Of a DNA stretch of 64,000 nucleotides, positions 18,977 to 29,322 are shown piece by piece (position 1 is the first letter of the stretch; each line of letters starts with the position of its first letter). This stretch comes from Candidatus Omnitrophota bacterium. GTDB lineage: Bacteria; Omnitrophota; Gorgyraeia; Gygaellales; Profunditerraquicolaceae. The stretch spans positions 5,052-69,051 of the forward strand of contig JAPLLR010000014.1 in the NCBI GenBank assembly GCA_026387455.1. Reading direction: 5' to 3'. A program made the translations under genes and the position numbers. The notes beneath the pieces are model-generated. The model was not told where the DNA came from and did no database searches. It was given only the letters and a program-made list of their open reading frames with translations.

Positions 18977-21016
18977 CTAGTCCTCAAAGTACTCCCGCAT
19001 CTTCCCGAATAATTCCCGATCACCAGGAAGCCGCTTACCTATAATATCCTCGACATCAATATCCGAAAAATCATCCCTATCCCCGGCGCTTTCTATTTCT
19101 ACCAGCTTTCCCAGAATATTCCCCTGCTCCAGAAAACGCGACACCTGAGTAAAGACATGTCCGCCGCCATCCATAAATGAGCGCGGAGAACGGTCAAGAT
19201 GCGGCTTAAGTAAAAACAGGTTTTCTTTTGCCCGGGTGGCTGCCACATAAAATAAACGGCGCTCTTCCTCTATATCTTCCTCACTCTCCAGCGATAAATA
19301 AGAAGGTAAGTGCCCTTCTGCCACATAAATCAGAAATACCGTATGCCACTCCAGGCCTTTTGCCGAGTGTATTGTGGAAAGGGTAAGGGTGGAATCATCC
19401 TGATCTTTTCTGCCTGCCTCAACCAACCCTCTTTCCGGAGGCTCCAAAGCCATGTCTGCCAAAAAATGCTCCAGAGAGTCATAGCGAGAAGCAATACCCA
19501 ACAGCGAATTCAAATCATTGATCCTTTTATGGAAATCGTCGTATTTTTCTTTTAACAACGGCTGATAGTACTGCAAGAACTTTTCTATTAAATCCGCAGG
19601 AGCAAAATCTTCCGGGTCGCTTTCCTTAAGCAAAGAAAAAAGTTTCTTTAGCTCCTCAGTTTTCTGTAATAATTTTTCATCTTTTGTCTCACCGTCATTG
19701 CCTTTAGCGATAGCGGCAATAATGCGCTCAGCGGTCTTTGGCCCGATCCCCGGCAACAAAAGTAAAGCCCTAAGCCAACTCACCTCGTCGTTATGGTTGT
19801 AGATGATGCGCAGATACGAAAGCATGTCCTTGATGTGCGCGGCTTCCACGAATTTCTGGCCACCATATTTGACAAAAGGAATATTACGGCTGGCTAACTC
19901 CACTTCCAGATCATTTGAATGCCATCCGGAGCGGAATAATACCGCTATATCGCATAACTCTACTCCTTCTTCCCGTAATTCCAGGATCTTGTCCGCGACA
20001 AATTTCGACTGGGCGTGATCATCCTGGGCATCCACAAAAACCGGCAACACTTTCCCGCCTTTTTTGGTGAAAAGGTTCTTTTCGAACTTTTCCTGCGCCG
20101 GACGGATCAAAGCATTAGCCAAATTTAGGATGGGCTGAGTCGAGCGGTAATTTTCTTCCAAAGTGATAATCCGGGAATCTTTAAATATATTGGGAAAATC
20201 GATGATATTCTTAAAATTCGCGCCGCGGAATGAATAAATACTCTGGGCATCATCACCCACCACCATGATATTTTTATGCTCCGACGCCAAAAGACAGGCA
20301 ATATAGGCCTGAAGCTTGTTAGTATCCTGATACTCGTCGATCATGATGTATTGATATTGCCGTGATAGCCGCACGCGCACGTCCTCGTGAATAAGTAGAA
20401 GCTGCTTTAAATAAACCAACAAGTCGTCATAATCAACCAAAGATTTTAACTGCTTGTATTTGACGTATTCATCGCGAATCTTTTTAATATCATCGGTGAA
20501 TTCCATAAAATGCGGATATTCATCGTAGATAACTTCCTCCAGCCCTTGAGATTTATTGATGCTTTTGGAAATGGTCTCTAGGATTGCTTTTTTGCGGGGA
20601 AAACGCTTCTCGGACTTATGAAATCCTAGCTGGGTGCGCACTAAATTCACCGTATCCTGAGCGTCGGATTCATCAAGGATGGTAAAGCTATTGGTTAGGT
20701 TGACTAATTTAGCGTACTTACGCAAGATAAAGTTGGCAAAAGAGTGAAATGTACCTCCGGAAACCCGGCTGCAACGGTCATCTAATAAAAGTGTGGCCCG
20801 ACGCAGCATCTCATCCGCTGCCCGGCGGGTAAAGGTGAGTAAAAGGATCTGCTCCGGCTTTACCCCCTGCTCGACAAGATAGGCCACCCGGTGCACCAGG
20901 ACCCGGGTCTTTCCGCTTCCCGCACCGGCAATAACCAAGTGCGGGCCGAGAGTAGATTGCACAGCATCCAATTGAGCGGGATTCAACTCGCTCTTATAGT
21001 TAATCTTGGCTTTCAT
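18977..21016 (-). CDS. uvrD: UvrD/PcrA/Rep-family ATP-dependent DNA helicase
   Basis: Walker A (AGAGSGKT), DExx (IMIDEYQD) and the helicase superfamily 1 motifs are present. 679 aa. Confidence 0.85.
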   Translation of the reverse strand: MKAKINYKSELNPAQLDAVQSTLGPHLVIAGAGSGKTRVLVHRVAYLVEQGVKPEQILLLTFTRRAADEMLRRATLLLDDRCSRVSGGTFHSFANFILRKYAKLVNLTNSFTILDESDAQDTVNLVRTQLGFHKSEKRFPRKKAILETISKSINKSQGLEEVIYDEYPHFMEFTDDIKKIRDEYVKYKQLKSLVDYDDLLVYLKQLLLIHEDVRVRLSRQYQYIMIDEYQDTNKLQAYIACLLASEHKNIMVVGDDAQSIYSFRGANFKNIIDFPNIFKDSRIITLEENYRSTQPILNLANALIRPAQEKFEKNLFTKKGGKVLPVFVDAQDDHAQSKFVADKILELREEGVELCDIAVLFRSGWHSNDLEVELASRNIPFVKYGGQKFVEAAHIKDMLSYLRIIYNHNDEVSWLRALLLLPGIGPKTAERIIAAIAKGNDGETKDEKLLQKTEELKKLFSLLKESDPEDFAPADLIEKFLQYYQPLLKEKYDDFHKRINDLNSLLGIASRYDSLEHFLADMALEPPERGLVEAGRKDQDDSTLTLSTIHSAKGLEWHTVFLIYVAEGHLPSYLSLESEEDIEEERRLFYVAATRAKENLFLLKPHLDRSPRSFMDGGGHVFTQVSRFLEQGNILGKLVEIESAGDRDDFSDIDVEDIIGKRLPGDRELFGKMREYFED

Positions 21017-21039
21017 CTTAAAAAATCCGGAAAATCTGA

Positions 21040-21582
21040 TTAAGGCGTGGTTTTTACGTAAGCCTTGATGATCTTTTGCTCAGCTAGCGGGCGGTCTTGC
21101 GAATCAGTGGCGGTATTTTCAATCTTCTCTACGATGTCATAGCCTGTTATGACCTCGCCGAAGATAGTGTGGCGCATATTTAACCAGGGAGTTTTGGCAA
21201 CAGTAATAAAAAACTGGCTGCCGTTGGTGTTGGGGCCGGAATTAGCCATGGCCAAAAGTCCCGGCTTATCAAAAGCGACATCCGCTTTCACCTCATCGCC
21301 GAAAGGCTTGCCCCAAATAGAAGTCCCACCGCGGCCGGTGCCAGTAGGGTCTCCGCCCTGAAGCATAAAACCCTTGATCGCCCGGTGAAAGATCAACCCG
21401 TTATAATAACCTTTCTCGACGAGCTTGGTGAAATTCTCACATGCCTTGGGTGCCACAGAAGGTATTAATTTTATCTCAATCTTTCCCTGTGTCGTTTCTA
21501 AAACTACAACTGTATTTTCCATGGCAATTACCCCCCTCACAGATAAAATCATCAGCACAAAAGCGATTAAAATATTTTTCAT
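21040..21582 (-). CDS. secreted cyclophilin-type peptidyl-prolyl cis-trans isomerase
   Basis: It has a signal peptide and the cyclophilin core (HRAIKGFMLQGGDPTGTGRGG). Confidence 0.85.
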   Translation of the reverse strand: MKNILIAFVLMILSVRGVIAMENTVVVLETTQGKIEIKLIPSVAPKACENFTKLVEKGYYNGLIFHRAIKGFMLQGGDPTGTGRGGTSIWGKPFGDEVKADVAFDKPGLLAMANSGPNTNGSQFFITVAKTPWLNMRHTIFGEVITGYDIVEKIENTATDSQDRPLAEQKIIKAYVKTTP

Positions 21583-21597
21583 GGATATTATACCCCT

Positions 21598-24500
21598 TTA
21601 TTCTCTTTTTTGGGCTTTTTGTTTTTCTTCCACCACTTTCAGCGCAATCTCCTGCGGAACTTGCAAGTATTTTGAGAATTCCATCGAAGCATTTGCCCGA
21701 CCGCTGGAAAGGGAACGAAAAGCCGTAGCATAACCGAACATTTCAGATAGCGGGACTTCTGCCTGGATAACCTTTTGTTTTCCTTTTACTTCGATATTCA
21801 GAATTTTGCCGCGGTGGGAACAGATATACCCCACGCAACCGCTAACGTACTCTTCGAGAGTGGCTACTTCTAGCGACATATACGGCTCAAGCAGAATGGG
21901 GTTAGCCTTCATAAAGATATCTTTAAATCCAAGGATCGCCGCCATGCGAAAGGCGATTTCCGAGGAGTCCACTTCATGATATGAGCCGTCTATCAGGCTC
22001 ACCTTTACATCTACCACCGGATACCCGGCATAAACTCCTTTTTGCATGGCCTCGATCACGCCCTTTTCCACCGCCGGGATAAATGAACGCGGTATCGCCC
22101 CGCCCTTTATACTATCGATAAATTCAAACCCCTTACCAGCCTCATTAGGTGAAAGTTCCATCACCACATGGCCGTATTGTCCGCGGCCGCCGGACTGCTT
22201 GATATACTTACTTTCTCCCTCAGCAGTTTGCAATATGGTCTCGCGGTATGCCACCTTGGGTTGCCCTACAATCGCCTCTACCCCGAATTCCTCTTTTAAT
22301 CTATCCACAATGATTTCCAGGTGCAGCTCGCCCATGCCGGTAAGAATGACCTCTTTAGTTTCTTCGTCAGTCTGCACAAAGAATGTAGGATCCTCTTCAG
22401 TCAGCTTATTTAAACCCTTGCCTAATTTTTCCTGGTCCCCTCGGGACTTAGGCGCGATACTCAAAGAAACAACCGGCGTGGGGAATTGAATAGCTTCCAA
22501 CAACACCGGTTTAAGCGGATCGCAAAGCGTATCTCCGGTCACCGTGTCCCCGAATCCCGGTATAGCTACGATATCTCCGGCAAAAGCATGGTCGATATTT
22601 TCTCTCAAGTTAGCGTGCATCTGCACGATCCTGCCCACGCGCTCTCTTTTATTCTTGGTAGAATTCAAAATATAAGAACCCGTTGAGACGCATCCGGAAT
22701 AAACCCGCACGTATACCAGCTTACCCATGTGAGGATCTGCCTGCACTTTAAAGGCGAGCCCTGAGAAAGGCTCGAAGACGTTTGCCTGGCGGGGGATCAC
22801 CTGATCCGCATGGTCCGGGTCATGCCCCTCTACCGGAGGAAGATCCAGTGGCGATGGCAGAAACATGTTCACCGCATCCAGCAATTTCTGCACACCTTTA
22901 TTCTTAAACGCCGCTCCGCACAATACCGGCACCGCCTTGTTGGCGATCGTGCCCCGCCGAATCGCGCCTATCAGCTCTTCGGGAGTGACCGGCGCCTGTT
23001 CCAGATACTTCTTCATCAGCATATCGTCAAAAGCTACGGCTTTTTCTACCAGTATCCTGCGGTGATGCTGGGCCTGCTCAAAATATTCCGCGGGGATCTC
23101 TTCAATACGGAAATCTTTTCCCTGCGTCTCTTCGTCATAAATATAAGCTTTCATCTCAATGAGGTCGATCACCCCTTGAAAATTATCTTCCGCGCCTATC
23201 GGGATTTCTATAGGCAAAACATTTCCGCCCAGATCACTTTCAATCCCTTTTAAAACCGCGAAGAAATCAGCGCCCGTGCGATCCATCTTATTCACGAAGG
23301 CCAGTTTCGGCACCCCGTATTTATCCGACTGATGCCAGACTGTCTCTGACTGCGGTTCCACTCCTCCTACCGCGCAAAAAACCGCGACTGCTCCGTCTAA
23401 GACTCTCAGCGACCGCTCTACCTCAGCGGTAAAATCCACGTGCCCAGGAGTATCGATGATATTGATGCGGTGATCTTTCCAGAAACATGTAGTGGCTGCG
23501 GCAGTAATAGTGATGCCGCGCTCCCTCTCCTGCTTCATCCAGTCCATCTGCGCACCGCCGTCATGCACCTCGCCGATCTTATGGGATTTTCCGGTGTAGA
23601 AAAGTATGCGTTCGCTTAACGTGGTCTTTCCGGCATCAATATGAGCCATGATCCCGATATTGCGGGTCTTAGCCAGATCGTAACGCGGAACAGGCCTGGA
23701 CTCTTCTTTTTTTTCTGCCACCGGCTCTGCGATAACTATTTCCTGCGGAACTAGTTCTTCTGGTGCAGGCGCTGCTTCTTCCGGTGTGATCGGCTCTGGT
23801 AACTGCTCTTCTGTTACAAAAGGCTCTGCCGCAGGCAATTCTTGCTCTAGAGACGGCTCTATTGTCTCAGACGGGGCAGGCGCTGCTTCTAGAGGTACGA
23901 GTTCTTGCGGTACAGGCTCTTGCACAGGCGCTTCTATGGCGTGACTAGGCTTTTGGGTGAGCTGATTATTAAGGTGTAAGATTTCATCAGTCAGCGTCTT
24001 AATCCTTGAATCCTTTTCATCCAGATCTTTTTCCAATTCGGTGAATTCTTCATTAAGCTGGTTGAACTCAAGCTTAGGCACCCATTCGCTTTCCTTTTCT
24101 TTCTTTTTATACTGAGCGATGGCTGACTGATGTTCGCTTATGTCTTTTATGTGACGCTCTATCTGATGTTTTTTTATCTCAATATCTTCAGACTGGCTCT
24201 TGATCTGGGAATCCAATGTCCCAATCTTTTCATTTAATTCCCTCAAGCCCTTATTAAAGTCCACTCCTTTAGTAAACTCTTCCTGCAGCTCCTTTTCCTT
24301 TTCCGCATACTTCCGGCGCAGGACAAGATTCTCATCTTTTACCTTATTAAGCATCTCCTCGGAGGTCTTAACCCAGTCATCCCTGCGCTTTAATTCCTCT
24401 TCCAGCTGCCCGGCCTTAGCCTTGATAGGCTCCAACTCCCGCTGGCCGGCCTCATGCTTTGCCTGCAGGATCTGCAGTTCATTCTCGAGAGAGTTAACAC

Positions 24501-24681
24501 GCTCCTGAAGTTTTTGGATTCTTTGCTCCTGAAAAGATGTGGTAATTTCTCTGGGGGGAAGTGCTGATTTGCGGCTGGGGCGGGCGTTATGACGGGACGC
24601 TGATGATGAAAAAGCGCCATACACGCCATAAGCTATCAAGCCGCCTCCGGCCAAACCCATGATCCAAAAAAATAATTCCAT
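21598..24681 (-). CDS. EF-G-family translational GTPase paralogue with a roughly 335-aa N-terminal TM, coiled-coil and Pro/Glu-rich extension
   Basis: It is a continuous 1027-aa ORF. Residues from about 340 onward form a full EF-G ([22 protein letters not shown], domains II-V). The N-terminus has a hydrophobic helix, about 230 aa of heptad-like sequence and a PEPxPxE-rich linker. Confidence 0.75.
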   Translation of the reverse strand: MELFFWIMGLAGGGLIAYGVYGAFSSSASRHNARPSRKSALPPREITTSFQEQRIQKLQERVNSLENELQILQAKHEAGQRELEPIKAKAGQLEEELKRRDDWVKTSEEMLNKVKDENLVLRRKYAEKEKELQEEFTKGVDFNKGLRELNEKIGTLDSQIKSQSEDIEIKKHQIERHIKDISEHQSAIAQYKKKEKESEWVPKLEFNQLNEEFTELEKDLDEKDSRIKTLTDEILHLNNQLTQKPSHAIEAPVQEPVPQELVPLEAAPAPSETIEPSLEQELPAAEPFVTEEQLPEPITPEEAAPAPEELVPQEIVIAEPVAEKKEESRPVPRYDLAKTRNIGIMAHIDAGKTTLSERILFYTGKSHKIGEVHDGGAQMDWMKQERERGITITAAATTCFWKDHRINIIDTPGHVDFTAEVERSLRVLDGAVAVFCAVGGVEPQSETVWHQSDKYGVPKLAFVNKMDRTGADFFAVLKGIESDLGGNVLPIEIPIGAEDNFQGVIDLIEMKAYIYDEETQGKDFRIEEIPAEYFEQAQHHRRILVEKAVAFDDMLMKKYLEQAPVTPEELIGAIRRGTIANKAVPVLCGAAFKNKGVQKLLDAVNMFLPSPLDLPPVEGHDPDHADQVIPRQANVFEPFSGLAFKVQADPHMGKLVYVRVYSGCVSTGSYILNSTKNKRERVGRIVQMHANLRENIDHAFAGDIVAIPGFGDTVTGDTLCDPLKPVLLEAIQFPTPVVSLSIAPKSRGDQEKLGKGLNKLTEEDPTFFVQTDEETKEVILTGMGELHLEIIVDRLKEEFGVEAIVGQPKVAYRETILQTAEGESKYIKQSGGRGQYGHVVMELSPNEAGKGFEFIDSIKGGAIPRSFIPAVEKGVIEAMQKGVYAGYPVVDVKVSLIDGSYHEVDSSEIAFRMAAILGFKDIFMKANPILLEPYMSLEVATLEEYVSGCVGYICSHRGKILNIEVKGKQKVIQAEVPLSEMFGYATAFRSLSSGRANASMEFSKYLQVPQEIALKVVEEKQKAQKRE

Positions 24682-24689
24682 AAATTAGT

Positions 24690-25082
24690 TTAGTAAGGAA
24701 TAAAATCTACATGCGCTGTATTTGTTCTGCTACGGGTATCCTCTGACATTTTTGCATGGAGGCGCTTAATCAGATAAGTAACCGCATCTTTATTGGTATC
24801 GACAAATTCTACTCCCATGCGGTAAAATGGCGAGCGCTCTGAAACTGGCTCAGCCACATAACGAACCTTGCCTTTGCCACTTATGGGCCGATCAAGCTGC
24901 TGGGCAGTAAGCTCAAAATCCACCAGGCTTTCCGGCATAAACTTCTGGGTGGAATACATCCCAAACCCAACATAACTTATGTTTTCCAAGAAAGCCCTAC
25001 TCTCAAGAGGCTGACCGTTTTCGCTTTTGATCTGCACGTTTCCGTCAAGCCTTAAGCGGTCGAAATGGCGTTTTTCCGGCAT
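24690..25082 (-). CDS. PilZ-domain protein (c-di-GMP receptor-like)
   Basis: The RxxxR motif (RHFDR) and the (D/N)xSxxG motif (NISYVG) are present. It ends 8 nt upstream of the EF-G paralogue. Confidence 0.7.
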   Translation of the reverse strand: MPEKRHFDRLRLDGNVQIKSENGQPLESRAFLENISYVGFGMYSTQKFMPESLVDFELTAQQLDRPISGKGKVRYVAEPVSERSPFYRMGVEFVDTNKDAVTYLIKRLHAKMSEDTRSRTNTAHVDFIPY

Positions 25083-25141
25083 GTGTCCTCCTCCCGCAGA
25101 AAGCGGGACACCGGCCTTTCCTATAAGGCCGGGTGTACTAA

Positions 25142-25597
25142 TTATTTCGCCGCCAACATGGCGTCGATAATATTTTGCGAAACGCCTTGCTGTTTTAAAT
25201 AATCAATATCCGCCGGCGTAAGGTTGAATTTGGAATTTGTCAGACTGATCTTGTCGATGATTACTACCTCGTTTACCCCCTGCTTGGTCATATCCACGAT
25301 CTGCTGCAAAGAAAGTTGGTTTGCACTGGATGCGGCTTGGCCCGCAGAATCCTGTCCGGATTTATTTTTATTCATCTGCCCACCGATTAATGCACCACCT
25401 AGTGCGCCTGCCACCGCGCCTATTGCCGCTCCCTCTGCGCCGTGATGACCGGTAGCCGTGCCAATGCCATAGCCCGCGCCTGCGCCCAATATCCCACCAA
25501 TCACTCCTCCTTCAACCGCGCGAGTCTGGGTATTCTGGCAGCCTGTAGTCAGTAACAGCAACACCGAGCATATGACAATTGAAGTTAGTCTCTTCAT
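25142..25597 (-). CDS. glycine-zipper lipoprotein of the 17-kDa surface antigen/YMGG type
   Basis: It has an LTTGC lipobox and a long GxxxG(A) glycine-zipper tract. Confidence 0.7.
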   Translation of the reverse strand: MKRLTSIVICSVLLLLTTGCQNTQTRAVEGGVIGGILGAGAGYGIGTATGHHGAEGAAIGAVAGALGGALIGGQMNKNKSGQDSAGQAASSANQLSLQQIVDMTKQGVNEVVIIDKISLTNSKFNLTPADIDYLKQQGVSQNIIDAMLAAK

Positions 25598-26910
25598 TTC
25601 TGCTCTCCTTTTTTCAAACTCTCGAGCCTCTGTTTAATCTTCGCCTCATGCCCCATCTCCGTCGGCTCGTAATATTTCACTTTGCTGCGCGTATATTTCT
25701 GATCCACGTAGTGGCCGGCGAAATCATGCGCATATTTGTACCCTTTACCATGCCCCAATGCATCACCATCAGCAGTAGTGTCCTTAAGATGGTCCGGCAC
25801 TTCTTGCACCTTCTTATTTTCGATATCCGAGAGGGCTTTGTCAATGGCTAAATAACTAGCGTTTGACTTAGGCGCGCAGGAAACGTAAATGCAGGCCTGG
25901 GCCAAAGGTATGCGCGCCTCCGGCATTCCTACAAACTCCGAGACCTGCAAAGCGGCGTTAGCCAATACTAAAGCCAGAGGATCTGCATTTCCCACATCCT
26001 CGGCAGCCAGGATGCAGATTCTTCGGGCGATAAAACGGGGATCTTCCCCGGCATAAAGCATCTTGGCCATCCAATAGACTGCGGCATCGGGATCAGATCC
26101 GCGCATGGACTTGATAAAAGCCGAAGCAGTATCATAATGCTGATCTTCATCATGGTCATAAACCACAGCTTTCTTCTGTATAGATTCCTCAGCCACCTCC
26201 AAACTAAAATCAACTGCACCGTCTTTAGACTTTGGTGTGGTCAAAACCCCAACCTCTAAAGCACTCAACGCCCGTCGGGCGTCCCCCTCGCAGACTTTAC
26301 TTAAGAAATTCAAAGCCTTTTTATCGATCTTAATTTTTAGGTTTCCCAGTCCGCGCTCTTTATTTTTTATTGCGGAGTTGAGAATCTGGGCGATCTCGTC
26401 TTCCTTAAGGGCTTTTAATTCACAGACCACCGAACGCGAGACTAACGGCGCGATAATGGAGAAATAAGGATTATGCACGGTTGCCCCGATCAAAATCGGG
26501 TTACCTTCCTCAATATCCGGCAAGAGCACATCCTGCTGCGCCTTGTTAAAACGATGGATTTCGTCGATAAAGAGTATGGTCTTGATTCCTGTAGAGCGCA
26601 AGCGCTGCTTGGCGGTATTTATCGCCCGGCGAAGCTCTTCGACATTAGAGGTGGTAGCGTTTATAGCAATATAGTGGGATTTTGTAACGGAAGCGATACA
26701 CCAGGCAAGAGAGGTCTTGCCGCAACCCGGAGGGCCGAAAAGGATAAGCGAGCTCAAGCGATCTGCTTCTATCGCCCGGCGCAGCAGTTTTCCAATTCCC
26801 AAGATATGTTCCTGGCCGACGAATTCATCCAATACCTGTGGCCGCATGCGTACAGACAATGGCACGTCAATGGACGCGGCCTTCTTTTCCTCAAATAGTT
26901 CTATGGGCAT
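25594..26910 (-). CDS. rarA: replication-associated recombination protein A (AAA+ ATPase)
   Basis: Walker A (GPPGCGKTSLA) and the MgsA/RarA C-terminal domains are present. 438 aa. Confidence 0.9.
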   Translation of the reverse strand: MPIELFEEKKAASIDVPLSVRMRPQVLDEFVGQEHILGIGKLLRRAIEADRLSSLILFGPPGCGKTSLAWCIASVTKSHYIAINATTSNVEELRRAINTAKQRLRSTGIKTILFIDEIHRFNKAQQDVLLPDIEEGNPILIGATVHNPYFSIIAPLVSRSVVCELKALKEDEIAQILNSAIKNKERGLGNLKIKIDKKALNFLSKVCEGDARRALSALEVGVLTTPKSKDGAVDFSLEVAEESIQKKAVVYDHDEDQHYDTASAFIKSMRGSDPDAAVYWMAKMLYAGEDPRFIARRICILAAEDVGNADPLALVLANAALQVSEFVGMPEARIPLAQACIYVSCAPKSNASYLAIDKALSDIENKKVQEVPDHLKDTTADGDALGHGKGYKYAHDFAGHYVDQKYTRSKVKYYEPTEMGHEAKIKQRLESLKKGEQK

Positions 26911-26964
26911 AGAATGAAAGCGGTTTCTTTTGTCTGTTTAAAATAACCCCCTTAACCGGGGGAC

Positions 26965-27066
26965 GATTACCCCTTGCCTAAACGCTTGTGCTTTTCTGTG
27001 GGGTACCTCATAAAAGCACAAGCAGGCTGCGGGGTATTTTGCCTGTATGAAAATGCTAGCAAAATA
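26965..27066 (-). repeat. two-hairpin structured RNA element, copy B
   Basis: It shares the sequence AAACGCTTG, hairpin H1 with the conserved loop CTGTGGGGTRCCTCA, and hairpin H2 with the stem ATTTTGC/GCAAAAT. The H1 stem differs from copy A by compensatory changes. Confidence 0.45.
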
Positions 27067-27296
27067 AATCCCCGCATTGTGCCGTCGGAAGGATAGTCTG
27101 AACCAAATCTGGTTTCAGGTGGGTGCCTCTCTTGGACGCCAAGGCGTATCAAGAAGTTTTGGCTCCCGTGATAAAGGTGTTGGTTCAACAATTATCGAAT
27201 TTCCAACGAGCACCGCAGGGATTTATAATTTTATCTGCGTTATAAGTATAACACATGTAAGGGGATAAATCAACCCGGTGGAATCCAACCTGCCCC

Positions 27297-29321
27297 CTAG
27301 CGTATCTTGGCCCCAAAGCTCTCTGTCAACATCCGAACCACTTCGCTATGTACCGGATTGACTTCTGCCTCCGTCAATGTGCGCTCATCCGAGCGATAAA
27401 TGCAGCTTATCGTAAGGCTACGCAACCCCGCGGATATCTGCTTACCTTTATAGTAATCCGCGATCCTAACCTCTATTAATAGCGGAGTTCCTTTTTCGTA
27501 AAGGCGGGACAAAACGCTTTTTATTGCCAAGTCCTCTTTTAAAACCAAGCTGATGTCGCGGGTTATCCCCGGATACCTAGGAGGTGAAACAAACTTCTTA
27601 TTTAAATCCGCAGCCGCGAACACTTTCTCTAAAGATACCTCGGCGCAAAACAAATCTTTGTTCTTGATGTCAACTCTTGCCAATGCACTTTTTTCAAGGT
27701 TAATCAAGCTTCCTGCTTTCTGGCCCCCAACCGTAACTTCTATTACTCCGGAGCCAGAGGGATTAAAATCATATTCCTTTATCCCAAGTTTTAAAAATAA
27801 CCTTTCCAAAACGCCTTTGATCTCCAAGAGCGACGCATTTTCTTTTGCCAATCCCTGTTCAAGGAAAAACGATTTTTCCCCGCATATAACAATGCCTAAA
27901 GTCAGCTCTTCTTCCGGGAAATTTTCCCCCCTGGAAAACACATTGGCTATTTCATAAAGAAAGACAAACTCCTGCTTTTGATTCAGGTTATATGAAACAC
28001 AGCGCGCCAAACTCGGGATAAGCGTGGTGCGCAACACCTCCTGCTCTTTGCTTAAGGGATTCATGATGGCTACCGGCTGCGCATCTTGGAGACCAAACCC
28101 CTTTGACAGGTCCTGATCCACCAGGCTGTAGGTAATCGCTTCACTTAAACCCAGCCCAGTGAGGACTTTCTTTGTAAGAGCGACTAAATCCCTTGAGCCA
28201 CGGATACTTACCTGAGGTTTTATCGATGGCAAAGTCTGCGGGATATTCTCAAATCCGTAAATCCTGGAGATCTCTTCGATCAAGTCTTCAGGAAGCTCCA
28301 CATCTTCCCTAAACAATGGCACAGTCACCATCATTTTATTTTTCCCTACAGACCTCACTCTAAAACCCAAGTGGCCAAGGATATTCTTTAATTTCTGCTC
28401 GGCAATCTTAACATTTAAAATCTTTTCCACTAGCCCCAGATCTAAACTTATGCTTTTAGTTTTGGGCAAGGCTTTCCCTGAGCTTTTAGCCAAAACGCAT
28501 TTTCCCGAGGACAATTCTTCGATCAAACCGGATGCCTGGCATGCAGAAAATTCCGCAGTCTCAAAATCCACTCCTCGCTCAAAGCGATATGAAGAATCAG
28601 TAGATAACCCTAATTTCTGCCTTCCCCGCCGCACCACCGAGCCGTTAAATACCGCTGCTTCCAATAAAATATTTTTGGTATGCTCAGTGACTTCGGTGTC
28701 TTTTCCCCCCATCACCCCGGCCACTGCCACAGGCTTAACAGGATCCGCAATGATCAAGATATCTGCATCAAGCTTACGCTCTACCTGGTCAATAGTGACT
28801 AATTTCTCACTGTTCTTTGCCCGGCGGACAATGATCTCTGCGCCACTTAGCTTATCCAGATCAAAAGCATGCAACGGCTCTCCCCAGGTAAACAGGCAAT
28901 AATTAGTGATGTCCACTACGTTATTGATGCTGCGGCAACCGATAAGCTCAAGTCGCTCTTTTAGCCATTTTGGCGATGGACCGACTTTTACCTCACGAAT
29001 GATCTTCGCGCTATAAAGCGGGCAATCGGATTTATCTTCGACTTTGATTGCAAACTTACCAACCGCCTTGGCGCACCGGCACTTTGACGATTTAGCCGAT
29101 TTTAATTTTACTCCGGTGATCGCCGCTACTTCTCTGGCGATACCGATGACGCTTAGCCAGTCCGGCCGGTTGGAAGTAATCTCCGCCTCAAAGACAAAAT
29201 CACCACCCTTACCTTCCACACCGCTGACCTCTAATCCAGCCATGGTAAGCTTTTCAGCCAACGCCTCAGGTGCAATCTTAATGTCTACGAAATCTTTTAA
29301 CCAGTTGTAAGTAAATTTCAT
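27297..29321 (-). CDS. pheT: phenylalanine--tRNA ligase beta subunit
   Basis: The N-terminus is MKFTYNWLKDF. B3/B4, B5, tRNA synthetase-like and FDX-ACB domains are present in order. It is short at 674 aa. Confidence 0.85.
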   Translation of the reverse strand: MKFTYNWLKDFVDIKIAPEALAEKLTMAGLEVSGVEGKGGDFVFEAEITSNRPDWLSVIGIAREVAAITGVKLKSAKSSKCRCAKAVGKFAIKVEDKSDCPLYSAKIIREVKVGPSPKWLKERLELIGCRSINNVVDITNYCLFTWGEPLHAFDLDKLSGAEIIVRRAKNSEKLVTIDQVERKLDADILIIADPVKPVAVAGVMGGKDTEVTEHTKNILLEAAVFNGSVVRRGRQKLGLSTDSSYRFERGVDFETAEFSACQASGLIEELSSGKCVLAKSSGKALPKTKSISLDLGLVEKILNVKIAEQKLKNILGHLGFRVRSVGKNKMMVTVPLFREDVELPEDLIEEISRIYGFENIPQTLPSIKPQVSIRGSRDLVALTKKVLTGLGLSEAITYSLVDQDLSKGFGLQDAQPVAIMNPLSKEQEVLRTTLIPSLARCVSYNLNQKQEFVFLYEIANVFSRGENFPEEELTLGIVICGEKSFFLEQGLAKENASLLEIKGVLERLFLKLGIKEYDFNPSGSGVIEVTVGGQKAGSLINLEKSALARVDIKNKDLFCAEVSLEKVFAAADLNKKFVSPPRYPGITRDISLVLKEDLAIKSVLSRLYEKGTPLLIEVRIADYYKGKQISAGLRSLTISCIYRSDERTLTEAEVNPVHSEVVRMLTESFGAKIR

Positions 29322-29322
29322 T

